Of a DNA stretch of 64,000 bases, positions 1 to 23,019 are shown in pieces. The stretch spans positions 3,234,314-3,298,313 of the forward strand of contig NW_015171503.1 of NCBI RefSeq assembly GCF_001447785.1, given 5' to 3'. The position numbers and the translations under genes are program-made. Source of the DNA: Gekko japonicus. Taxonomy: Eukaryota. The notes under the pieces were generated by a model. That model saw nothing but the letters and a program-made list of their open reading frames with translations. It was not told the DNA's origin and made no database searches. Numbering within the stretch: position 1 is the first letter of the stretch; every line of letters starts with the position of its first letter.

Positions 1-422
1 ACCAAGTGTCATTCACAGCTTTTGCAGCAAGGAAGGGTGGGAGAGAGAAGTAAGTTTGGGCTTCTCTATCTTTGTTCTTCTAAACCCCTGCAGCTGGAAG
101 GCAAGGGGGAAATACCAGGCAGGGAACTAGGCCTTCCTGCTGCCTGCTTCTCCTCCTATAGATGAGCTAGGTGTGTCCCACTTGGTACTGTCTCCTTCAG
201 CAGAGCTAGAGGCAAACCAAAGGACTGGGGCTTCTGATTGACTATGCAAGGCTCACTCTTGCCCTAGAGACAGAAAGAAGCAGAATGCAACAAAGGGAAT
301 AGGGCCACAGGATTCAGCTCAAGAAATCCCATGCATCAAACAAGGCACAAAGACCCTGAAACAAACTAGAAGTTTCCCCATCATCCCAGGGCACCATCTA
401 CTAACGAACCATTGTTTCGCTA

Positions 423-12777
<12,355 letters not shown>

Positions 12778-13270
12778 CTTGGCAGCCCCCGTCTCCGACT
12801 CCCGCCACATTTGCATAGGCCCCGCCCAGCCTGTCTCAAATTATACAGAAGCCGCGAGTCTGCTTAATAATTCATTACCTTACCCGCCAATCGCCGCGCA
12901 GCCTCATTAATAATTACTACGCTTCTATGACAACTGTGACATCATTATTAATATTCATAAGTCACGCCTCTCTCACTTCATTTCCCCCCTATTTTCCGTT
13001 TCCCCCAGATCGGAATGATAAATACTGAAGCAGCGGTGCGGCGCCAGCTCTTTAATATAGGCTTGAAGTATAGAACCAATCCTACGCGTTTAGCATGTCG
13101 AGACCAATGGGAGCGGAGAAACCTTGATAAACAAAGCTCGTCTCCAATCGAGCTAAATATTTAAATGAGAGGCGGGAGCAAAATCCTCGCCAATCACAGA
13201 GCAGGATAGCGACAGAGGCGGCTAGGTTAGAAAAGAAGGCTGTAAATTTATCGTTTTGACCAATTAGAAA
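12778..13270 (-). promoter_or_regulatory. GTPBP1 CpG-island promoter
   Basis: CpG-rich; YY1-type CGCCATCTT over the start codon, octamer ATTTGCAT 12809-12816, GC box, six CCAAT motifs (~12887, 13076, 13104, 13144, 13190, 13260). Confidence 0.75.
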
Positions 13271-13696
13271 GCGATGTGCATTTGAAAGGCGCATCAATAA
13301 ACTAATCAAACATTAAGGTTTTATTATGTTAGAGTATGGGGATTTCCTGTGTTTACTTTTGCTTCTTTGTGGCAGGACTCTCCGGCTCCGGGATAGTCCC
13401 TGGCTATTGCTGATGACAGAGGGCCGAAATAAATTCTTTTCACCGGTAGTGAACTGATGCAAAGGAGCTGACATAATATGAAGCATACTGCCTGAACATG
13501 CCTGGACTAGTCTCCAGACCTGCGAATTGTAAAGATTCACTCATCCAGATGTTTTAATGTAGATTCATAGTTTCCAGGAGAACTGGCCCATTAAGCATAA
13601 TTGTTCTCCCACCATAAAGCTTGTTTATATAGCTCCCTGAAAAACAGGGCCAAAGGGGCAACTAGAATCTGGAAGTTGTCTTAAGCAGAGCAAAGT

Positions 13697-13905
13697 GAGG
13701 TGGCTCAGTGGTAGAGCATTTGCTTTGCCTGCAGGAGGGCCCATGTTCAGTTCCCAATATACCCGGATAAAAGGACCACATAGTAGGTGATGTGAAAACT
13801 GTTTGCTGCATAAGACCCCAGAGATTCAATACCAGTCTTAGCAGGCAATACTGACAGTGACGGACCAATGGCCCGATTCAGTATACGGGAGCTTCATATG
13901 TTCAT
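13697..13905 (+). mobile_element. tRNA-derived SINE
   Basis: GGCTCAGTGGTAGAGCA A-box head with degenerate B-box; related copies at ~31275-31440 (+) and ~39010-39160 (-). Confidence 0.7.
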
Positions 13906-14279
13906 GATCCGAGTTCAGATCTCCAGTCCACCATGAAACTTACTAGATAACCTTAGGTCAGCCACTACCTCACAGGGTTGTTGTGAAGATAAGACAGAAG
14001 AAGAGACAATGATGTTGTAAGCCTCAGGCACCCACAAAGGGAAGTTAAGCAGGGTATAAATAAGTCAATAAACATACAAAACAAGAGTTTAAAAGAAACC
14101 AACTGCTCATCATTCATCACAGCATGAAACATTTTTTGGGGGGAGAACAGGCCTCAGTTCCTGCCAGAGCGCACTGCAGCACCGCTCCGCCAGTCAGGAG
14201 CCCAGGGGGCGGGCACATAAGCCCCGCCCCTGCTCCCACCAGCCATCAGTTGGGACACGGTGTGTGTGGGGGGAAGAAA

Positions 14280-14980
14280 CATTCCCCCGCCTCCCTGAGC
14301 CCCGGGGTGGTGGCCTTGGACTCGTAGAGGCAAATTCCACCTCTCGTGCGAGAGGTCGTTCTGGCTCCCCCAGCTCTCCTTCGGGGCTCTTTAAAAAGTT
14401 ATGGCTGCCGGGGGGGGACTTCTTGGTGGCAGCTGCGATGCCCGCGTGGGGACGACGACGTTGTTTTGCCTACCTGAGCCCCGGGGTGGTGGCCTTGAAC
14501 TCGTAGGGGCAAATTCCACCTCTCTCGTGTGATGTCTGAGCGGCAACGCCACTCAGACATCACACCCAGATCTCGGGAGGGGCTCTTTAGAAAGTTATGG
14601 CCGCCGCCGCCGGCAGCTGCGATGCCCGCGTGGGGACGACGACGTTGTTTTGCCTACCTGAGCCCCGGGGTGGTGGCCTTGAACTCGTAGGGGCAAATTC
14701 CACCTCTCTCGTGTGATGTCTGAGCGGCAACGCCACTCAGACATCACACCCAGATCTCGGGAGGGGCTCTTTAAAAACTTATGGCCGCTGCCACTGTTCG
14801 CAGCAGCAGCCGCGATGCCCGCACGCAGGGGGGCGGGGCGAAATGTTCCCTTGCCTCCCTGAGCCCCGGGGTGGTGGCCTCGGACTCGTAGGGGCAAATT
14901 CCACCTCTCGCATGTGATCACACGCGAGAGGTCATTCTGGCTCCCCCAGCTCTCGGGAGGGGCTCTTTAAAAAGTAACTT
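14280..14980. repeat. GC-rich minisatellite, four units of ~180-200 bp, inside a probable DNA-transposon remnant (~14150-15460)
   Basis: CCTGAGCCCCGGGGTGGTGGCC...GCAAATTCCACCTCTC at ~14294, 14473, 14657, 14858. Confidence 0.9.
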
Positions 14981-16329
14981 TTTTCCCACCATAGAGAGCA
15001 ATAGAGGGGATGGGGGCAACCTGTTTGGGGGACTGTAGAATTAGACCCCCTAGTTCAATGTTCCTGAAACATGGTGGGTATCTTGGGGAGGGGCTCCAGC
15101 AGCTACCCTGTGATTTTGGAGCATCTCCCTCTAACTCCCTCTCCTCCAGCCCCCAGAATATACCCTATGTTTTCGCCATTGACTTCAATGGCCCATAGGA
15201 TATAATGGGGACGAACTGCGGGAAGCCGATTCAGAGCAGAGAATCTGATTTGGCCCGCAGCAGCCTGAAAGGGGCCCGAATGGGCCATTTTCGGGGGTGC
15301 ATTCCATTCAGACGAACCAAATGCACATCCCTCCAGCAGCCGGCTTGCTCGGGCTCTCTGCAGCCGCGGGGATCCTGAGCAAGGGAAGGGAAGGTGGTTT
15401 AAACCGCCTCTCCTTCCCTCCAGCAGCTGGCTTGCTCGGGCTCCCCGAGCAAACCAAGGGAAGGGAAGGTGGCGGAGCAGCTGGAGACATTGAGCCTCAG
15501 CTCCACAAGTAATGAGCACTCGAGCCCCACCCCCAGCAGCCCTCAGGCCGGAGCACCTGAAGCAGTCTTGGAAGGCGGATTGGCAAAAAGCAAAACCAAA
15601 AGCGCAGGAACTCGAGAGAACTCCAGGAATGGAGCCAGTTCCTCTTCCACAGCCCAAAATGTGACCCACGAACCCTGAGCTTGCTTTTTCTCATTTGCGA
15701 GTCTAGCCTCTGCACTCCTTTAACAAGGCAGCCCTGAAGCTCGGGGCGGTGGGAGTTTCTTTGCACGCAGCTTGTGCGGCTGGCTGAGTGCCTCTTCTGC
15801 TTGCCCACCTCTCGCCTCCGCATCTCATCTTCTGCCAGGCATGGAGGAGCCCAGCTCGCCCAGGCTTCTTGCCTCCTGCTGCCTTCGCCCTCTGGTGCAC
15901 GGGTGAGTCCCCAAAGTTTGACTCTTCCTCTACAAGTCTCTGGCGCTGGAGGTATTTGCCTCCTTCCCTCCTGCCTGCTATGGCTGCATAATTGTGAGAG
16001 ATTTCTTAACATAGTGTTCCTGCCAGGGAAGCTGGGGACCCTGCCCATGAGTCTCAATTTCATCCTCACAAAAACCCTGTGGGGTAGGCTAGGTAGAGAA
16101 GGGGAGATTTGGCCCGGGGTCACTCAGCCAGCAGAGTGAGAATACAAACCAGAGTGAGAATATAAACCACATCAATCTGCAACTCTGACCACTGTGCAGT
16201 GCTGCCTCTACTGATCTGTAATGTTCCAGAGGTGTTGTAATGTAATCCTCAGTTTCTCAAATGAGCGTATGCCTGTCTGTTGGTCCTTTTAAATTTATAT
16301 CATGCTTTCAACTTTAAAAGGATCATAAT

Positions 16330-16640
16330 GCTGCTTGTGTGAACTTAAACAAATCACGAGAGGTAGAACAGGAAGAGTTGCATCAGTGCTTAGTTCTTGT
16401 GGCCCTTTCTTACACGCCCAGGGAAATGCTGATCACCACTTTGGGGCCAGGAAGCAATATTTCTCCAGGCCAGTTTGGCCCCCAGTGATCCTGGAGGTTT
16501 TTAAAAAAATCATATTCTGGGCGTGGAACAGGGATCACTGGGGTGTGTGGGGGGTATTGGTGAATTTCCTGCATTGTGCAGGGGGTTGGACTAGATGACC
16601 CTGGAGGTCCCTTCCCACTCTATGAGTCTATGATTCTATA
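16330..16640 (+). mobile_element. CR1 LINE 3' end
   Basis: GGGTTGGACTAGATGACCCTGGAGGTCCCTTCC...CTATGATTCTAT tail; homologous to 46110-46335. Confidence 0.85.
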
Positions 16641-17309
16641 ATTCACCCAGGCTGGCTGTGGGTACGCCAGCCCCTCTGTCAGGCAGAAGCGCCTGAGATC
16701 CTCCCCCTCCCCTTTTCCTTCGCCCAACTTGGAGGCGAAGGGAAGGGAGAGGGGGGAAAGAATGGATCCCAGGTGCTTCTGCCTGTCAGAGGGGCTGGCG
16801 CACACTTCCAGTGATGTCAGGGGGTGTGGCATATGCTAATAAGTTATGCTAATGAGCTCCTGCAGCTCTTTTTCTACGAAATGACCCCTGGGGGGGAACA
16901 TTTCTGATGGAATCTGGAAACAAGCAACCGATAACACTATTTTAAGACTGGCTTTATATGATCAGATCTATGGGCTCCAATCAGCAGAAAGGGCTCAAGA
17001 TTCCCCCCCCCCCCCAAGTAAAGTTTCTGAGTTGTCTGTAAGAAGACCACCGCTGGACCTTACCACTCCAGCTGAAACTGTGTTTGTGTTTATACACAGT
17101 TGTTTTAAACTGTATTACTTAGTTGTTTTAAATATTGTTATATTTATTAGTGTATGTTTTTATCTATTTATGAAGTGATCTGCTCTGAGCTCACTTGTGG
17201 GGAGAGCAGAATATAAACCCAAATAACTAACTAAATAACTAAATAAATAAATAAGACCATGTTTCAGTAGTCTCACTGCCAGGTTACGTAACATGATGGA
17301 TCAGCAAGG

Positions 17310-17640
17310 CAGCCCTGGATTAACCATTAAGCGAAATAAGTGCATGCTTAGGGCATCAAGGGAAGGGGGCAACACAGAGGGGTTGGGGTGTGTTTTTTTG
17401 CTTCTATTGCTTACTGCTATTCAGGGTTAAATAAATTTAAAATATTTAAAGTTTATATTTTATTATAGTTGTGGGGTCTGGTCTGGGTGATGGCCTGGAA
17501 GAAAACCGCATTTTTAATCTCTTATTACACCTCCAGCACTTGTTGAGCACTCAATGTCTTGTCAGTCAAGCAACGGAAGGGCCAAGGGGCATCATTGTGG
17601 GGCTGTGCTTAGGGCATCAGTTGGCCTTAACCCAGCCCTG
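17310..17640. mobile_element. hAT-type MITE with 8-bp TSD
   Basis: Imperfect TIRs CAGCCCTGGATTAA / TTAACCCAGCCCTG; flanks CAGCAAGG (17302-17309) and CAGCAAAG (17641-17648). Confidence 0.8.
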
Positions 17641-18234
17641 CAGCAAAGCCAGAACAGCTGAGTCTAGAAGGTAAATTAAGCTCCACGCAAACTGTAATTG
17701 CATTCTTGCATCAGCAGCACCAACGTGCTTTTCCAAGAGCAAACTTGAATCAAAGAGCACTCATAAATCAGTTAAGTGCTAAATTCACTCAGTCCAAAAC
17801 TGGGAGGAGTATCTCCAATGTCAGCATTAGCTAACCATCATCACCTCTGACTTGTCTGGATTCCATTTTTGCTTGTTCTTCCTTAGCCATTTGACCACAG
17901 CGTCCACATATTGATCCAGGATTGACCCATCCAGCTGCTTCTGGAGGATCATTTAATGATATGCAGAGCTGGATGTTACTTGCATATTGATAGCACACAA
18001 ACACAATGGTGCGGATAATCTCTAATCTAATGTGATATTAAAATGCACTGGGAGAAGGAAAAAGTGTGGCATAACACAGCACATTGCACCAGAAGGTCAA
18101 GGTACAATACAGTCAGCAGTGTTACATCCTTCTAAGCCCATTGACTTCATTTGGCTTAGAAGTATACAGCTCTGTTTAGGACTGCACTGTTAGAGACCAG
18201 CCTGTACATTGCTACATCTTCTTTCAACAAATGT

Positions 18235-18593
18235 GTAAACGGATAAAAGGAAGTACTTCTTCACCCAAACAGTGATTAACACATGGAATTCACTGCCACA
18301 GGAAGTGGTGGCAGCTACAAGCATGGACGGCTTCAAAAGGGAATTAGATAAGCATATGGAGCAGAGGTACATCAGTGGCTATTAGCCACAAGGTATAGAT
18401 AGGGGCTCTGGGGCAAGTGATGCTCTGTCTTCTTGGTGCTAGGGGGGGTCAACAGTGGGAGGGCTTCTAATGTCCTGGCCCCACTGGTGGACCTCCTGAT
18501 GGCACTGGTATTTCTGCCCACTGTGTGACACAGAGTGTTGGACTGGATGGGCCTTTGGCCTGATCCAACATTGGTGTCTCTTATGTTCTTATG
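18235..18593 (+). mobile_element. CR1 LINE 3' fragment
   Basis: ORF2 end KYFFTQTVINTWNSLPQEVVAATSMDGFKRELDKHM, tail GTTGGACTGGATGG...CTTATGTTCTTATG. Confidence 0.88.
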
Positions 18594-19371
18594 TGTACTA
18601 GTAACAATTCCTTTGTTCAGATGGGAAATCCTCCTACTCAGGTTACTCTCAGCTTCTCGGGCAGGATTGGTCACAAGGGACAGGGTTCCAAGCCACATGG
18701 ATCATAGCCTTCAGAACACACAGAATCCTGCCTGTCTGCATTGTTCAAGGCTATCCACAGAAAACTGGCAAGACAGTGCTTCTGACATTGTTGCTATATA
18801 ACCTACATTTGAACTGGCATCCAAGTTAGATTGAATCAGAAAGATTTTATCTGCAAAGAACAGAGCCAATTAATCACAGGTGATAATCACATCATTATCT
18901 GCAAGTGTGTCAGATGCCGGTTTTGTACAGTCCTGAACAATTGTGCTGGATGTGATTCAGCAAATGCTACAGTAGAGGAAACAAAAGCCTTTGCTGGTGT
19001 CAGCACCACCTCATAGATCTTCAGTTGGCTGTATGGCCTGCCTGTCAGCCTTGATGTGAGTCAATCACACAAATTATCTCCCAGCACTTCTTAATTCCCC
19101 AAACTCCTTAGTAAACCAGGAAGCTGGAGTTCTGCTAGAAGGAAGACATTGGGGAGCAACATTATCTATTGCCTCAGCAAGCCTAAGATCCCAGGCCTAC
19201 ATAAGGGCTCCAACCTCATCCCTGTTTAAAATATCAAGATTTCCCAAACCATTTCAGATATATTAATTCCCATGGGCAGGACAGGTTAATGCCCACTGCC
19301 TGCAAGGAGGGGCACCACCAACAATAACCAGGCCCTAATCAAATAGTAATCTTGACCAAGACTAAGACCTA

Positions 19372-19651
19372 GACCGATTCCCCACAAGCAGTTGTGCCGC
19401 CCTCACTCTTCCATTTGCCCTGGTTGCAATTTCACCCTATTCGCTGCGCAGCTGCATTTTGACCCTCATCTCCCCCCCGATTTCCCCTGTGTCTTCTTGA
19501 TCCTTGTTTTTTGAAATCAAGAAGACATGGGGGGAATCAGGGGGAGATGCGGGTCAAAATGCGGCTGTGCAGAGAATAGCGTGAAATTGACCAATGCAAC
19601 CAGGGCAAATGAAAGAGCGAGGGTGGCACAGCTGCTTGTGAGGAATCAGTT
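19372..19651. mobile_element. Fold-back (palindromic) MITE, ~280 bp
   Basis: Left arm GATTCCCCACAAGCAGTTGTGCC...GTGTCTTCTTGAT is the reverse complement of right arm ATCAAGAAGACATG...GGCACAGCTGCTTGTGAGGAATC. Confidence 0.85.
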
Positions 19652-19889
19652 CTACTCTTTAGCCCAGGGCTCCCCAACCTTTTAGAGATTTGGAATCCTG
19701 ACACAGCAGGTGGGCACAGCAAGAAAATGGCTGCCACAGGAGATGGAGCCAACCAAAAAAATATTGCCACCACCTAATTTCAGTAACATGGTGTAGATCC
19801 TTGTGCTGTGGTGGCAACTGCTACCAAAGCAACATTTTAAAAAATCTGCATAGCCAATCAAACTTCCAACAGTCAACCAGAAGCTTTGA

Positions 19890-20790
19890 TGCCAGCTTCG
19901 GATGTTAGGAGTTTGGGGGTGCTTCTGGACCCCACCTTAAAGATTGGAGGCCCAGGTGGCGGCCACTGCCAGAGCAGCCTTTTATCATCTTCGGCTGGTG
20001 CGGTAGTTGGTACCCTTCCTTAGCCGCGGCAATCTGGCCACAGTGATCCATGCGACGGTCACCTCGAGGCTAGACTACTGTAACGCTCTCTACATGGGGC
20101 TGCCTTTGTCACTAATTCGGAGGCTGCAGCTGGTGCAGAATGCGGTGGCCAGGTTGTTGGTGGGTGTCCCTAAATGGGAACACATCCAACATGTGCTGAA
20201 GGCGCTGCACTGGCTGCCTATAGCATACCGGATCCGCTTCAAAGTGCTGGTGCTTACCTTTAAAGCCCTACATGGCCAGGGTCCGGCCTTTCCCCATATA
20301 GGCCCCAAAGAGCACTTCGGTTGGGGTCACAACACTGCCTAGTGACCTCGGGCCCTAAAGAGGCCAGGCTAGCTCCCACGAGGGCCAGGTCTTTTTAGGT
20401 GGCGGCTCCTACCTAGCGGAATGAGCTCCCAGAAGAGATCAGGGCCCTGCGGGACCTTTTACAGTTCCGCAGGGCCTGCAAGACGGAGCTCTTCCACCAG
20501 ACTTTTGAGTAGGAGCCGCCGCCACTACCACCACCGTGTAACTGCAGAGCAGTACCGCCGGGTTGGGCCAATGGACCAACTGGAACATCGTGGCCCATGG
20601 CGTCCCCCTTCCTGACCTCCTCCTGATATGCAATGGGGAGTGTATAATTACAGTCTTTCATGTATCCTGTTAGTTGTGAATTTTAGCTTCAACTGTTTTA
20701 CTCTGTTTTATCTCTATTGCACTTTGTGCCTTGGCCCTGAGCCTGCATGCGGGGAGGGCAGGGTATAAATTAAATAAATAAATAAAATAA
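19890..20790 (+). mobile_element. L2 LINE 3' fragment (RT C-terminal region, 3' UTR, (TAAA)n tail)
   Basis: ATVIHATVTSRLDYCNALYMGLP...LQLVQNAVARLL...LHWLPIAYRIRFK typical of L2; frameshifted and stop-interrupted. Confidence 0.9.
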
Positions 20791-21329
20791 GATACACTCC
20801 CTCCGTTGCCACTATGGAGAAGGAGACAAGGCTACCAAGCCCCGTCCTTTGCTACTTTTAAATTTATAAAAAGGTGCCCATTTCCTTGCAATGTGAGACG
20901 GATTTATATATGTAGAACATTTGCGTCCCAACACAACAGGCTATAAAAGATGATCCGTGCAGCGCGCGCCAAAGCAAAAACATGACTATGTTAGCCACAG
21001 CGCCGGAGGCATACAGTTATGTGAGCAAAGGCGACTCCTAAAAATCAGTAAGGGAATTCCGTGTCCTGTCTTTCCTCCGAGAAGCAGGAGGAAAGCTTCT
21101 CCGCCTCTCCGTTTTTTACCCCGCAACCAGCCCTTGCCAGTAGAGAGAGCGCAACTTTCCAGAGCCGCGCGAGGAGATTTGAACCGGCTTGGTAGCTTAA
21201 CTCCAATACTTTAGTCCCTGCAATTGTGCACTAGTTCTTCAAGGAAAATTACAGCCCTACACTGTGCAATGTTGGGCAACTACGATTACACCGGCTTAAC
21301 TCCTTGCAGCTGTTCAGGCTCAGCCCACT

Positions 21330-21520
21330 TAGCTGGACGGTCCCCAGAAGGGGCGGAGAAGCGCTTTGGTCCTGCCTCAGAGACTCGAACCCCACCTGGT
21401 GTGACGTCACGCGGAGTCCCGCTCTTGCGACGTTAACAGGCGGGGCTAAGCGTGCGCGCGACGGCTGCGCATGTGCAGGCTATGCGTCCAAGGTGGTCTG
21501 GGCCGCCAGCGGGTGAGTAG
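21330..21520 (+). promoter_or_regulatory. JOSD1 promoter and probable non-coding first exon (donor GG|GTGAGT at 21512/21513)
   Basis: CpG island; full CRE TGACGTCA 21402-21409, GC boxes, NRF1-like TGCGCATGTGCA. Confidence 0.7.
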
Positions 21521-22834
21521 GGCCGGGGAGGGGGGGCGAGGTAACGGGGAGGCGTTCTTCCCCCCCGCTTTGAAAGGGGGTCCAGCCGTGGGGTCTCCCG
21601 CCCTTCGTGTCTGAGGGCCTATGTAAGGTTGACCCCGTGAAGGAGTCGCTTCCCTCACGCGCCACCCTGGCCAGTTCCCCTCCCCAAGGAATATCTGAGT
21701 CACCCCAAGTTGGTAGCTGTTCCAGCGTGCCCCCCCCCCCGCGGTCCTCAAGAAGGGGCTGCCATAAGCAGCAACTTTCTCCCGTTACTAGTGGGTGGTG
21801 GTGGTGGTGGGGTGTTTACAAGGCCTTGCTTTCTGCCCAGTTGCGGCTTTACAGTGCAGGCCAGAACTGGTGGGATTGCAAACGCAGAATCCCCCCTCCC
21901 CCAGGCACCCTTTCCTCCCGGAGCTTTTCCTTCTGGCCGCACAACGATGGTGGGAAAGGAGAGCATCCTTTGCTCCGCAGTGCCTGGAACGGCTGTATTT
22001 GTAAGGCAAGGGAAAGTCAGCCTACCCAAACAGGGAAAGGGGAGGGTGTGAGTCCTAGATGGTGTAGGCCTTGGAGTTTTGCTGTTGCCTTGGGTAGTAT
22101 AGCGTAGCTGTAAACACCAGCTTTGAGGTGCTTATTTATATTTTTGTATTCGGCATAGTGAAAGGGAAAAAACATGCCTAATTGGATCTGTCTTTTCTCC
22201 ATCAGGAATACAAGGAGCATTAGCTAGGTGGAGCTGCTTTTTCCTCCCTCCTGCCGTGGAAGAGGCAGTTTTCTCCCTCTTGGGATCTTTTGTTTCTAGG
22301 ACGTAGCCTCTCAAGAATGGGAAAATGCACTTGATGCCTTGGTGGCATTACTATATTCCTTTTGAACAGCAGCAGGCTGGCCTTGCTTAGTTTCATGAAG
22401 TTTGTCCTATCTTTTGTTTTTTGGAAGTGAGCATAATTTCAGAGTTAGGCTGCGGATCTTTTGCTTAGTGGGCATAATTGACCAAAGGAAATGGAGGAAA
22501 AGGAGCGATGTGATAAATTCCATCTGACAGTCTGATGTTATGGTCATGTAAATTATAAAATATTTTTCAAGGGGAACCCCAAGAGAAAGGGGGGACTATA
22601 TTAAGGACAGTCTCTTGAAAGCTGAAGAAGAGCAAAGATGGAAGAAAAAGGATCCAGATCTTCAAAAGTTTCTTATGCAGTCATCTGATAAAGCCAACTG
22701 TTAAAGCAGCAACAGGTTTGCAGCTTGTGAACTGGAGCTGTCTATAAAAGAAGTGGTTAGTTGTTTTTTGTGTGTGGGAAGAGATTTTACACATTTTATC
22801 TCTTCCCATCTTCACCTCGTACACTACGAAAAAA

Positions 22835-23019
22835 ATGAGTTGTGTGCCATGGAAAGGTGACAAGACCAAATCAGAATCACCAGAGACGCCGCAGCTGATG
22901 CCAGTGCATATTTATCATGAAAAACAACGAAGGGAGTTGTGTGCTCTCCATGCCCTCAATAATGTCTTCCAGGACAGCAATGCCTTTACACGTGACACGC
23001 TACAGGAGATTTTCCAGAG
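22835..23019 (+). CDS. JOSD1: JOSD1 coding exon 1
   Basis: [15 protein letters not shown]...[37 protein letters not shown]. Confidence 0.96.

Noticed and set aside
13697-13770. tRNA gene
   Set aside because: A-box head only; B-box and acceptor stem are degenerate and a SINE body follows.
14280-14980. CRISPR-like array of hairpin repeats
   Set aside because: Vertebrate DNA; whole units repeat with no unique spacers, and there are no cas genes.
20007-20342. 111-aa ORF as a host gene
   Set aside because: Truncated L2 ORF2 C-terminal fragment with flanking stops and frameshifts.
21446-22107. ORFs of 93-166 aa near the JOSD1 promoter
   Set aside because: GC-rich first-intron sequence with few stops; no conserved protein features.
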